Shown one piece after another: positions 1-8,827 of a stretch of 64,000 nt of DNA (position 1 is the first letter of the stretch; each line of letters starts with the position of its first letter). Under the pieces are notes generated by a model, which was given only the letters and a program-made list of their open reading frames with translations, ran no database searches and was not told where the DNA came from. Origin of the DNA: an uncultured Holophaga sp. (lineage in GTDB: Bacteria > Acidobacteriota > Holophagae > Holophagales > Holophagaceae); NCBI GenBank assembly GCA_963664825.1, contig OY761614.1:2048001-2112000 (forward strand), read 5' to 3'. A program made the position numbers and the translations under genes.

Positions 1-1809
1 TTCGGAAATCCCGAGCGCTCTGGATACCAGGTCTCCCCCGACGGGAAGACCCTCAGTTTCATGGCGCCCTTCGAACGGCGGCGCAACCTGAATATCGTTG
101 CCTTGCCCGCGGATGGCAGCGCGCCGGATTTCGCCAAGGCCAAGCGCCTCACGAGCGAGACCGCTCGGGATATCGCGGGCTACTTCTGGAAGGGGGATGG
201 CCACATCCTCTACGTGAAGGATTTCGGCGGCGACGAGAACTTCCACGTGGTGTCCGTGGATGTGAAGCGTGGCGATATCAAGGATCTCACGCCCCTGCCC
301 AAGATCCAGGCCTCCATCGTGGACGATCTGCGGGACGATCCCCGGCACGTCCTCGTCCAGCACAACCAGCGCAACCCCCAGGTCTTCGATGTCTATCGGA
401 TCGATGTGAGCACGGGCGAGGCCACGCGCGTGGCCGAGAATCCGGGCAATATCACCGGCTGGATCACGGACCACAAGGGGGCCGTGCGCGCAGCCACCAC
501 GACAGATGGCGTGAACAGCAGCCTGCTCTATCGGCCCACCGAGAAGGACGCCTTCAAAACCGTGCTCACGACGGATTTCCGCACCAGCGTCGGGCCGATG
601 TTCTTCACCTTCGATAACCAGAAGCTCTACGCCATGTCCAATCGGGGCCGGGACAAGTCGGCCCTGGTGATCCTGGATCCGGCCACCGGCCAGGAGGCCA
701 AGCCCCTCTTCGAACATGCCGAGGTCGACCTGAACGGCGCGGACTATTCCCGGAAGCGGAAGGTGCTCACCACGGCCGGTTTCGAGACCTGGAAGACCCA
801 GCGCCACTATTTCGACGAGGCCACCCGCGCCCTCTATTCGAAGCTGGAGCAGAAGCTGCCCGGATTCGACGTGGCCATCATCAGCGAGAACCTGGCCGAG
901 GACACCTTCGTCGTGGCCACCTACAGCGATCGCACCCCCGGCGCGCGCTACCTCTACCACGCCAAGACCGACAAGCTGGCCAAGCTCGGGGACCACAACC
1001 CCCGCATCCAGGCCTCCGACATGGCCACCATGAAGCCCGTCACTTACACCAGCCGCGATGGGCTGAAGATCAACGGCTATCTCACGCTGCCCGTGGGTCG
1101 CGAGGCCAAGAACCTGCCGGTCATCGTCAATCCCCACGGGGGGCCCTGGGCCCGGGATTCCTGGGGTTTCAACCCGGAGATCCAGTTCCTGGCCAACCGC
1201 GGCTTTGCGGTGTTCCAGATGAACTTCCGCGGCTCCACCGGCTATGGCCGTGCATTCTGGGAGAAGAGCTTCAAGCAGTGGGGCCGCGCCATGCAGGACG
1301 ACATCACGGATGGCGTGAACTGGCTGGTGAAGGAGGGCATCGCCGATCCCAAGCGCGTGGGCATCTACGGCGGCAGCTACGGCGGCTACGCCACCCTGGC
1401 CGGTGTCACCTACACGCCGGATCTCTATGCCGCGGCCGTGGATTACGTGGGTGTGGCCAATCTCTTCACCTTCATGAAGACCATCCCCCCCTACTGGGCG
1501 CCCTTCCTGAAAATGATGCAGGAGATGGTGGGTGACCCCGTGAAGGACAAGGATCTCCTCACGGCCAGTTCCCCGGTCTTCCACGTGGACCGGATCAAGA
1601 CGCCCCTCTTCGTGGCCCAGGGCGCCAATGATCCCCGGGTGAACAAGAACGAATCCGATCAGATGGTCGAGGCCCTGAAAAAGCGCGGCATCGAGGTCCA
1701 ATACATGCTCAAGGACAACGAGGGCCACGGCTTCCATAACGAAGAGAACCGCTACGATTTCTACGGCGCCATGGAGGGATTCTTCACCCAGCACCTGATG
1801 GCGAAGTAA
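1..1809 (+). CDS. S9 family serine peptidase (prolyl oligopeptidase/acylaminoacyl peptidase-like), 5'-truncated by the window edge
   Basis: Frame is open from base 1 ([15 protein letters not shown]...). It has PHGGP, the nucleophile motif GGSYGG, and the GANDPRV and NEGHGF catalytic Asp/His motifs after a beta-propeller-like N-terminal region. Confidence 0.93.
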   Translation, partial: FGNPERSGYQVSPDGKTLSFMAPFERRRNLNIVALPADGSAPDFAKAKRLTSETARDIAGYFWKGDGHILYVKDFGGDENFHVVSVDVKRGDIKDLTPLPKIQASIVDDLRDDPRHVLVQHNQRNPQVFDVYRIDVSTGEATRVAENPGNITGWITDHKGAVRAATTTDGVNSSLLYRPTEKDAFKTVLTTDFRTSVGPMFFTFDNQKLYAMSNRGRDKSALVILDPATGQEAKPLFEHAEVDLNGADYSRKRKVLTTAGFETWKTQRHYFDEATRALYSKLEQKLPGFDVAIISENLAEDTFVVATYSDRTPGARYLYHAKTDKLAKLGDHNPRIQASDMATMKPVTYTSRDGLKINGYLTLPVGREAKNLPVIVNPHGGPWARDSWGFNPEIQFLANRGFAVFQMNFRGSTGYGRAFWEKSFKQWGRAMQDDITDGVNWLVKEGIADPKRVGIYGGSYGGYATLAGVTYTPDLYAAAVDYVGVANLFTFMKTIPPYWAPFLKMMQEMVGDPVKDKDLLTASSPVFHVDRIKTPLFVAQGANDPRVNKNESDQMVEALKKRGIEVQYMLKDNEGHGFHNEENRYDFYGAMEGFFTQHLMAK

Positions 1810-1827
1810 AGGGATGCTTCCGTTCTA

Positions 1828-1855
1828 AGACCAGGCGCCCGCGGGCGCCTGGTCT
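1828..1855. terminator. Perfect 28-bp palindrome between convergent genes, probable bidirectional terminator hairpin
   Basis: agaccaggcgcccg-cgggcgcctggtct lies between two convergent stop codons. There is no strong U-tract. Confidence 0.55.
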
Positions 1856-2943
1856 CATTTCACCGGCACCTTCCCCTGGGCCGCTCGCGCGTATGGGGCG
1901 GGCCAGGGGACCTCGGCGCCCAATTCTTGTGCGGCGCGCAGGGGCCAGCGGGGATCCCGCAGGAGTGCGCGACCCAGGAATACCAGATCGGCCTGGCCTC
2001 CTGCCAGGATCTGCTCGGCCTGGGCCGTCTCTGTGATGAGGCCCACGGCGCCCGTAGGGATGCCCGAACCCGCGCGGATGGCCCGGGCGAAGGGCGCCTG
2101 GTAGCCCGGTCCCAGGGGGATCGTCGCTCGGGGGAGCTGTCCGCCGCTGGAGACATCCACAAGATCGACGCCCAGTTGGCGCAAGTCCTTGCAGAGTTCC
2201 ACGGATTCCTCCAGTTCCCAGCCCCCCGCAGGGGCCCAGTCCGTGGCCGAAATGCGTACGAAGAGGGGCAATGCCTCGGGCCAGACCTTCCGCACCGATT
2301 CCGCGACCTCCCGCAGCAGGCGACTGCGGCTCTCGAAGGAGCCGCCGTAGCGGTCACTGCGCTCATTGGTGAGGGGCGAGAGGAACTGGTGCAGCAGATA
2401 GCCGTGGGCGGCGTGCAGCTCCACCACCTGGAAACCCGCTGCCAGGGCGCGCTGGGCGGCCTCGGTGAAGGCGTGGATGATCTCCGCGATTCCGGTTTCT
2501 GTAAGTGCCATGGGTGTGGCCCAGTCCCCGTCGAAGGGTAGGGCGCTGGGGGCCACGGGAATCCAGCCCCCTTCCGAGAGGGGAATCGTCCTGGAGGGGC
2601 CCCGCCAAGGGGCCGGCGTGCAGGCCTTGCGCCCCGCGTGGGCCAGCTGGATGCCGGGCACGGCCCCCTGGGAGGCGATGAAGCGGGTGACGCGCTGGAG
2701 AGGTTCGATCTGGGCATCTTCCCAGAGGCCCAGATCCTGGGGGCTGATGCGGCCCTCGGGGGAAATGGCGACGGCTTCAGTGATGACCAGCCCGGCGCCC
2801 CCCTGGGCGAGGCCGCCGTAGTGCACCAGGTGCCAATCCGTGGCCCGGCCCTCAAGGGCTGAGTACTGGCACATGGGCGAGACGGCGATGCGGTTGGGGA
2901 AGGTGCTGCCCCGCAGCTTGAGGGGTTCGAAGAGGCTTGTCAT
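1855..2943 (-). CDS. NADH:flavin oxidoreductase, old yellow enzyme (YqjM/NamA/XenA type)
   Basis: NRIAVSPMCQYS, GIQLAHAGRKA, ELHAAHGYLLHQFLSPLTN and RSDRYGGS motifs. Confidence 0.93.
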   Translation of the reverse strand: MTSLFEPLKLRGSTFPNRIAVSPMCQYSALEGRATDWHLVHYGGLAQGGAGLVITEAVAISPEGRISPQDLGLWEDAQIEPLQRVTRFIASQGAVPGIQLAHAGRKACTPAPWRGPSRTIPLSEGGWIPVAPSALPFDGDWATPMALTETGIAEIIHAFTEAAQRALAAGFQVVELHAAHGYLLHQFLSPLTNERSDRYGGSFESRSRLLREVAESVRKVWPEALPLFVRISATDWAPAGGWELEESVELCKDLRQLGVDLVDVSSGGQLPRATIPLGPGYQAPFARAIRAGSGIPTGAVGLITETAQAEQILAGGQADLVFLGRALLRDPRWPLRAAQELGAEVPWPAPYARAAQGKVPVK

Positions 2944-2950
2944 GGTCGGC

Positions 2951-3628
2951 TTACTTCAGCTTGGCCAGGAGGGCCTGGGCGGCGGGCTCCGAAGAAGCAG
3001 GGTTCTGGCCCGTGATCAGGAAGCCATCGGTGAGCACATAGGGCGCCCAGTCGGGGCCCTTGGAATATGATCCGCCCTTGCGTTTGAGTTCATCCTCCAC
3101 CAGGAAGGGCACGATGGCCGTGAGCTGCACGGCTTCTTCTTCGGTATTGGAAAAGCCCGTGACGGCGCGGCCCTGGACGAGGGCTGTGCCATCGACCCGC
3201 TTGGCGTGGCGCAGGACGCCCGGGGCGTGGCATACGGCGGCCAGGGGTTTGCCCGCGGCCAGCGTGGCCTCGATGAGCCGGATGGAATCGGCGTCCTCGG
3301 CCAGATCCCACAGGGGGCCGTGACCCCCGGGGTAGAACACGGCGTCGAAATCCGCCGCAGAAACGCTCGATAGCTGGACCGTGGCGGCCAGCATGGCCTG
3401 GGCGGCGGCATCGGCCTTGAATCGATGGGTGGATGGGGTCTGGGAGGCCGGGTCATCGCTCTTGGGATCCAGGGGCGGCTGGCCCCCCAGGGGTGAAGCC
3501 AGGGTGATCTCGGCCCCCGCGTCCTGGAAGACATAGAAGGGGGCGGCAAATTCCTCCAGCCAGAAGCCGGTCTTGTGGCCTGTATGGCCGAGGCGGTCGT
3601 GGGAGGTGAGGACCATCAGGATCTTCAT
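2951..3628 (-). CDS. DJ-1/PfpI (type 1 glutamine amidotransferase-like, glyoxalase III-like) protein
   Basis: MKILMVLTSH, TGFWLEE, PGGHGPLWDL, AVCHAP and ITGQNPAS motifs. Start placed at ATG 3628 after GGAG. Confidence 0.9.
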   Translation of the reverse strand: MKILMVLTSHDRLGHTGHKTGFWLEEFAAPFYVFQDAGAEITLASPLGGQPPLDPKSDDPASQTPSTHRFKADAAAQAMLAATVQLSSVSAADFDAVFYPGGHGPLWDLAEDADSIRLIEATLAAGKPLAAVCHAPGVLRHAKRVDGTALVQGRAVTGFSNTEEEAVQLTAIVPFLVEDELKRKGGSYSKGPDWAPYVLTDGFLITGQNPASSEPAAQALLAKLK

Positions 3629-3658
3629 ATGTGCTCCGGGTTTCTCAGTGCGGATCAA

Positions 3659-4807
3659 TTACAGGGCTCGTTCCAGGATTCGGCGGGACACGTCGAGGGT
3701 GATTTCGCGCTTCTCGCCCAGGGCCGTCATGCCGTGGGCCTTCAGGGCCGCCACGATCTCGGCAATGGCATCCTTGCCGAGGCCGTACTGGCTGAGGTGC
3801 GTCTTCACCCCCAGGCTCTCGAAGAAGGAGCGTGTGCAGGCGATGGCCTGGGTCGCGGCGTCAGCCCCCCGCAGATCCCATACGCGCTCCGCGTACTGCG
3901 TGAGCTTAGCGCCCTTGGACTCCAGGCGCTCGGTGAGCAGGGCCGGGAGGATGATGGCCAGGCTCTGGGCGTGGTCCAGGCCGAACTTCGCCGTGATTTC
4001 GTGGCCAATCATGTGGGTGGCCCAATCCTGGGGGACGCCTGCGCCGATGAGGCCGTTCAGGGCCAGGGTCGCGCTCCACACGAAGGCCGACCGCGCCTCG
4101 TAGTTTTCTGTTTCCTGAAGCGTCACCGGGCCCACTTCGATGAGGGTGCGCAGCAGGCCCTCGGAGAAGCGGTCCTGCATGGGGGCGTCCGCCGGATAGG
4201 TGAGGTACTGCTCCATGACGTGCACGAAGGCGTCCACGACGCCATTGGCGATCTGGCGGGGGGGCAACGAATAGGTCTTGGTGGGATCCAGGATGGAAAA
4301 GCGGGGAAAGAGCAGGGGGCTGCCGAAGGCCAGCTTGGCGCCGATGGATTTGCGCGTGATGACCGCGCCGCTATTCATCTCGGAACCCGTGGCGGGGAGC
4401 GTGAGCACGGTGCCGAAGGGCAGGGGGGCCTTCACGGGGGCCTTGTGGAGCACGAGATCCCAGGGATCCTCTCCGGGATAGGGAATGGCGGCGGCGATGA
4501 ACTTGGTGCCATCGATGACCGAACCGCCCCCCACGGCCAGGAGGAATTCTGTCTTGGTCTCCCGGGCCAGTTTTACGGCGCCCATCAGGGTCTCGAAGCA
4601 GGGGTTGGGCTCGATGCCGCCGAATTCCGTGACCACGGCGTGGGCAAGGGCTGCGCGCACCTCCGCGAGCGTGCCGTTTTTGATGACGCTCCCGCCGCCG
4701 TAGGTGATGAGCACCCGCTGGCCCGCGGGGATCTCCGCAGCCAGGTCCTGGATGCGGTCCTTGCCGAAGAGAATTTTCGTGGGGTTCTGGAAGGTGAAGT
4801 TCTGCAT
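3659..4807 (-). CDS. yqhD: Iron-containing NADPH-dependent aldehyde reductase (YqhD-like)
   Basis: MQNFTFQNPTKILFG start, GGGSVIDGTK, TLPATGSE, and DWATHMIGHE..HAQSLA metal ligands. Confidence 0.88.
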   Translation of the reverse strand: MQNFTFQNPTKILFGKDRIQDLAAEIPAGQRVLITYGGGSVIKNGTLAEVRAALAHAVVTEFGGIEPNPCFETLMGAVKLARETKTEFLLAVGGGSVIDGTKFIAAAIPYPGEDPWDLVLHKAPVKAPLPFGTVLTLPATGSEMNSGAVITRKSIGAKLAFGSPLLFPRFSILDPTKTYSLPPRQIANGVVDAFVHVMEQYLTYPADAPMQDRFSEGLLRTLIEVGPVTLQETENYEARSAFVWSATLALNGLIGAGVPQDWATHMIGHEITAKFGLDHAQSLAIILPALLTERLESKGAKLTQYAERVWDLRGADAATQAIACTRSFFESLGVKTHLSQYGLGKDAIAEIVAALKAHGMTALGEKREITLDVSRRILERAL

Positions 4808-4866
4808 TTCAGCCTCTGGGAAAGTTGTAATAGGTGATGTGAGCGGGGGACTGTCGGGAGGGGAAA

Positions 4867-5472
4867 TCAGATGGGTCGAGTATCTGGGCAACCCAGCCAG
4901 GTGCGGGTGGCTGTCAGGGCCGTCTCGAAGGGCGAGGCATCCCGCCGGACCTTGGCCAGCAGGCTGGCGCCCAGCCAGAGCTGGTAGATGCCCTGGGCGG
5001 TGGCCATGGAATCCAGGCCCGGGGGCAGGGAACCGTCCCTGACCCCTTCGGCTATGCAGGCCGCCAGCCGCACCAGCACGGCATCCGTGCCCCTGCGAAG
5101 GGCTCCCCGCATGGCTTCCGAGAGATCCGAGACTTCGGCGCTGAGCTTGACCACGAGGCATTGCCGGGCCTCGGGTTCCTGGCTCTGAACCTCCATCCAG
5201 CGCTGCCAGTAGTGCATCAGGCGCTCCCGGGCGGGAAGGGCCTTGGGTTTGAGGAGGGCGTCCAGGCGCTCCAGGTAGTCGGCGAAATAGCCCTCCAAGA
5301 GCGCCTCTCCGAACTGTTCCTTGGATTCGAAGTAGTAATAGAAACTTCCCTTGGGGACTCTCGCGGCCGCAAGGATTTCGGCGAGGCCCACGGCGGAAAA
5401 GCCCTTTCCCGAAATGATCGATTCCCCCGTTTCGAGGATGCGTTGGCGGATTTCGGAGTGCTCCTGTCTCAT
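4867..5472 (-). CDS. TetR family regulator, NemR-like
   Basis: HTH region KGFSAVGLAEILAAARVPKGSFYYYFESKE and a CLVVKL motif with the redox Cys. It heads an OYE/DJ-1/ADH operon. Confidence 0.88.
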   Translation of the reverse strand: MRQEHSEIRQRILETGESIISGKGFSAVGLAEILAAARVPKGSFYYYFESKEQFGEALLEGYFADYLERLDALLKPKALPARERLMHYWQRWMEVQSQEPEARQCLVVKLSAEVSDLSEAMRGALRRGTDAVLVRLAACIAEGVRDGSLPPGLDSMATAQGIYQLWLGASLLAKVRRDASPFETALTATRTWLGCPDTRPI

Positions 5473-5491
5473 GCCCCTAGGATGCCACAAG

Positions 5492-5506
5492 TAGACCGGT
5501 CGTCTA
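5492..5506. promoter_or_regulatory. Probable operator of the NemR-like TetR
   Basis: TAGAC-CGGTC-GTCTA inverted repeat 20 bp upstream of the TetR start. It resembles the NemR box TAGACC-N4-GGTCTA. Confidence 0.7.
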
Positions 5507-5599
5507 TAACAAACTCGGATTCGGGAATTTCTTCGCCGACCGCAGGCCTCTGCCCTCTTGAAGCAGGAGTCCTGCGGATAATGGGTGAGGAGATCGTTC

Positions 5600-6442
5600 A
5601 TGACCGACACCGCATTCAGGGGCTGGACCCGACCCGGCCCCCGCCCGCCCGGGGGCCCGGAGCCCGAGGAAGGCGAGACCCTGGACTATCTCTGTGGCCA
5701 CTGGAAGCTTTTCCAATACGCCAAGGGGCACCGCTATTCCGTGGACGATGTGCTGGTGGCCTGGTTCGGCAGCCTCTGGTGCCCCACGGCCCGGCGCATC
5801 GCGGACCTGGGATCGGGCATCGGCAGCGTGGGTCTCGCGGTGGCCTGGCGCTGTCCGGGGGCCGTGCTGCACACGGTGGAGGCCCAGGCCATTTCCGCCC
5901 GGTTGGCCCGCAAGAGCGCGGTCTACAACGGTGTCCAGGACAGCTACACCATCCATGAAGGGGATCTCCGGGACCCGGAGCTTTTTCCGGGGGAAGCCCC
6001 CTTCGATCTAGTGCTGGGCTCGCCGCCCTACTGGCCCCTGGGGGCCCGCAGCGAGGCTGAGCATCCCCAGACCATTCCCGCCAGGTTGGAAGTGCGCGGC
6101 ACCATTGCTGACTATGCCGAGGCCGCCACGCCCCTCCTGGCTCCGGGCGGGGTCTTCGTCTGCGTCTTCCCCCTGGATCAGGTGGAGAGGGCCCAGGCCG
6201 CCTATGGAGAGGCCGGAATGGTGCTCCTCCAGCGCCAGGACGTGATCTTCAAGGAGGGGGAGGCCTATGGCATCGCGCTCTTCGCGGGCATGAGGCCCGG
6301 TGAATTGCCCGGGCAATTCATCGAAGAAGCGGGGCTCCCCGTGGTGCCCGAGCCCCTGGTGATCCGCAGCGCCCAAGGGCGCTTCACGCCCCGCTTCGCC
6401 CTGGTGCGCCTGGCCATGGGCTTTCCGCCAGGGCTGGTATAG
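5600..6442 (+). CDS. SAM-dependent methyltransferase, TrmN6/YfiC (tRNA1Val m6A37)-like
   Basis: Q..GHRYSVDDVL, motif I ADLGSGIGSVG, motif IV GSPPYW, and ARLE. GAGGAG RBS before ATG 5600. Confidence 0.75.
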   Translation: MTDTAFRGWTRPGPRPPGGPEPEEGETLDYLCGHWKLFQYAKGHRYSVDDVLVAWFGSLWCPTARRIADLGSGIGSVGLAVAWRCPGAVLHTVEAQAISARLARKSAVYNGVQDSYTIHEGDLRDPELFPGEAPFDLVLGSPPYWPLGARSEAEHPQTIPARLEVRGTIADYAEAATPLLAPGGVFVCVFPLDQVERAQAAYGEAGMVLLQRQDVIFKEGEAYGIALFAGMRPGELPGQFIEEAGLPVVPEPLVIRSAQGRFTPRFALVRLAMGFPPGLV

Positions 6443-6521
6443 GCCATCCTTGCCTCCCCTATCTGGCCCGAAATTTCCATTCGGTATCTCTCTTCGCCGA
6501 TAATTCCTTCGGGAGCTTTGC

Positions 6522-7301
6522 ATGGATCGAGGAACGCTCATTGGCCTGTTGATGGGTCTGGCCCTTCTGGGGGTGGCCATCGGCTTCGGGCCGAACCCCA
6601 GAATTTTCTTCTACTGGCCCAGTCTCATTGTGGTCTTCGGGGGCATCCTGGCCTCCACCCTGATCCGCTTTCCCCTGGCCCATGTGCGCTCGGGCTTCGC
6701 GGTGGCCTCCCGGGCCTTCTTCACCCATCCGGCCTCCCCCCAGGCGTTGGTGGTGCAGATGGTGGGCCTCAGCCAGCGGGCCAAGCGCGAGGGGCTGAAG
6801 GGCCTGGAGAAGAATCTGCCCGATGATCCTTTCTTGGCCCAGGGCCTTCAGATGGTCATGGACCGGCTGGATCGGGATCACATCCGCGAGGTGCTGACCG
6901 CGGAGATCCACGCCACCCAGGACCGGCACGGCCTAGGCCAGGAGATCTTCCGCTTCATCGCCGGGGCGGCCCCCTCCTTCGGCATGGTGGGCACCCTCAT
7001 TGGCATGGTGCAGCTCTTCGCCAGCATCGGCAAGGACACCGACAAGCTGGCCAGCGCCATGTCCCTGAGCCTGCTCTCGACCCTCTGGGGCGCCATCGTG
7101 GCCTATCTCTTCGCGCTGCCCATCAGCGGCAAACTGGAATTCCGCTCCAAGGAGGAGGCCCAGGCCCGCATGGTGATGCTGGAGGGCATCCTGGGCATCG
7201 CCGAGGAGATGAACCCGACCCAGCTGGAGGAAACCCTCAATGCCTACCTGGCCCCGCGCCTGAAGATCCGCCGCCAGGGCCTGGGAGCCCTCCATGGCTA
7301 A
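6522..7301 (+). CDS. MotA/PomA-like proton-channel stator subunit
   Basis: MD.GTLIGL N-terminus, four hydrophobic segments, APSFGMVGTLIGMV and a TLWG..VAY..ALP...KL segment. Confidence 0.85.
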   Translation: MDRGTLIGLLMGLALLGVAIGFGPNPRIFFYWPSLIVVFGGILASTLIRFPLAHVRSGFAVASRAFFTHPASPQALVVQMVGLSQRAKREGLKGLEKNLPDDPFLAQGLQMVMDRLDRDHIREVLTAEIHATQDRHGLGQEIFRFIAGAAPSFGMVGTLIGMVQLFASIGKDTDKLASAMSLSLLSTLWGAIVAYLFALPISGKLEFRSKEEAQARMVMLEGILGIAEEMNPTQLEETLNAYLAPRLKIRRQGLGALHG

Positions 7302-7992
7302 GGTATCCCTCCGAGCGGTGCGGCGCCGGAGCGTGGACTTCGAATCCCTCTGGCTCATCACCTTCGCGGACCTGATGGTTCAGCTCATGGCCTTCTTCGC
7401 CGTGGTCTATTCCTTCACCCTCCATGACCAGCGCAAGCTCGGCGAACTGGCCATCTCCCTCCAGAAGGTGCTGGGCGTGAAGGTGCAGGCCCAGACCCAG
7501 GGCCAGACACAGGGTAGTGAAGGCATCCTGCCGGGGACCCCGGGCATCCTGCCGGAAAAGGCCGCCGATCTCGAAAAGCTGCTCAGCGATCTTCGGGCCA
7601 CCGATGGACCGGATGTGGGCACGAAGATGCGCCTGGTCACCTTCCGGGGCTCCATCCTCTTCGAGGAGGGTAGCCTCGCCGTGGACCCGGTCTTCCAGCC
7701 CCTCCTGAGCCGGATCGTCCAGTTGGCGGTGGAATATCCGGGTTTCTACCTGGTGATCGAAGGCTACGCGGCTCCTGGGGAAAAGGGCCGGGGGGGCGCC
7801 GATGCTCTGGAGATGAGCGGCCTGCGGGCCCAATCGGTGCTGCGCTACCTGGCCTCCAAGGGCATGGATGCCAAGCTCATGAGCGCCGAGGCCCACGGCG
7901 ACGCGGTCATCGAAGGCGATCCCCGCAGCCCCGAGGGCCGCGCCCTGCAGCGCCGGGTGAAGTTCAGGTACCAGCGGGTGGCCGAACGGTGA
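7294..7992 (+). CDS. MotB-like protein (TM segment plus OmpA-like domain)
   Basis: WLITFADLM with the essential Asp, and a C-terminal OmpA-like region (ILFEEG, S.LRAQSV, RRV). Overlaps the motA-like stop. Confidence 0.85.
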   Translation: MAKVSLRAVRRRSVDFESLWLITFADLMVQLMAFFAVVYSFTLHDQRKLGELAISLQKVLGVKVQAQTQGQTQGSEGILPGTPGILPEKAADLEKLLSDLRATDGPDVGTKMRLVTFRGSILFEEGSLAVDPVFQPLLSRIVQLAVEYPGFYLVIEGYAAPGEKGRGGADALEMSGLRAQSVLRYLASKGMDAKLMSAEAHGDAVIEGDPRSPEGRALQRRVKFRYQRVAER

Positions 7993-8014
7993 AAAGCCTC
8001 TTCCCGGGTTCGGA

Positions 8015-8461
8015 TCAGGGCAGGCTCGGCCGGAGATAGGGCCCCCAGTCGCCATCGCCCAGTTCCACGGCCTTGCGTTCCAGGGTCGGCAGGCGATCTT
8101 CGGGGAAGACATAGACCCAGGCCATGTAGTGCTGACCACCCTCCAGGACCACAGGATGGAGGATCCTCGTGAAGAGGTCCTCCCCCACGCCCTCCAGCTG
8201 ATCGAGGTCCGAGAGGGCGCATTCCAGATCGGCATCGTCGTCGTAGCCGACGAATTCGCCTCGGACCCAGCCGGGTCCCGGTGGAGGGGTGGCGGGGGGA
8301 AGCCCCGGCACCAGGGCCGGGAAGCCCGCCTCGGGCAAATGGAAGAGGCGCCCCGGAGCCCAGGCCTGGGTGCTGCCCAAGGGGTTGGTGCGGCTCATCC
8401 AGGCGTGCTGGCTGCCGCCTTCGCGCAGGGTGCCGTAGATGAAGAGGCCGTCGGCGAGAAT
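8015..8461 (-). CDS. Gamma-glutamylcyclotransferase (AIG2-like) family protein, start codon uncertain
   Basis: In-frame LFIYGTLREG motif lies upstream of the first ATG (8398). GFPALV, LDQLEG, AWVYV and GDW motifs follow. Confidence 0.8.
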   Translation of the reverse strand: MLADGLFIYGTLREGGSQHAWMSRTNPLGSTQAWAPGRLFHLPEAGFPALVPGLPPATPPPGPGWVRGEFVGYDDDADLECALSDLDQLEGVGEDLFTRILHPVVLEGGQHYMAWVYVFPEDRLPTLERKAVELGDGDWGPYLRPSLP

Positions 8462-8553
8462 GGTAGACTCCGGGGAACCTCTTCAGAATAGCGGCGAACC
8501 CAGGCTCTGGTTCCCCCAGGGGCCGGTCCATTCCCAGGCCGACCCCATTCGCA

Positions 8554-8736
8554 TCACACGGAAACGGATACCTCGAAGCGCTCCTGCAAGTCCTGGAGCA
8601 GCCTTTCCCGGAGCTGCAGGTGGCCCTTGAAGTCGATATTTTTCGCGTGGTGCATCTCCACGCGGACCTCCTCGCGCTCCTTGGCCAGGAGCATCCTCAG
8701 CAGGTCCATCTCCTGGGAAGAAAACTCTATTTTCAT
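8554..8736 (-). CDS. Small helical hypothetical protein (60 aa)
   Basis: MKIEFSSQEMDLLRMLL... is preceded by a GAAGGGGG RBS-like tract and shows typical codon usage. Confidence 0.65.
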   Translation of the reverse strand: MKIEFSSQEMDLLRMLLAKEREEVRVEMHHAKNIDFKGHLQLRERLLQDLQERFEVSVSV

Positions 8737-8827
8737 ATCCCCCCCTTCGGGCATGCCTTCGGTGGAAATCACCGGTAGCAGTGTAGGTTCCAGAAGAGGG
8801 GTGGCCACCCCAGGTGAGGGGATGGGC

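Noticed and set aside
3659..5610. Extended N-termini from the ORF track (ADH to 5161, TetR to 5610, and similarly ygeW, the ThrC-like gene, the alpha-glucosidase and lamB)
   Set aside because: The extensions overlap neighbouring genes or promoter regions. Family-typical starts, mostly with an RBS, lie downstream.
6522..7992. Zorya anti-phage system
   Set aside because: The MotA-like protein has no long cytoplasmic tail, and there are no zorC/D/E-like neighbours.
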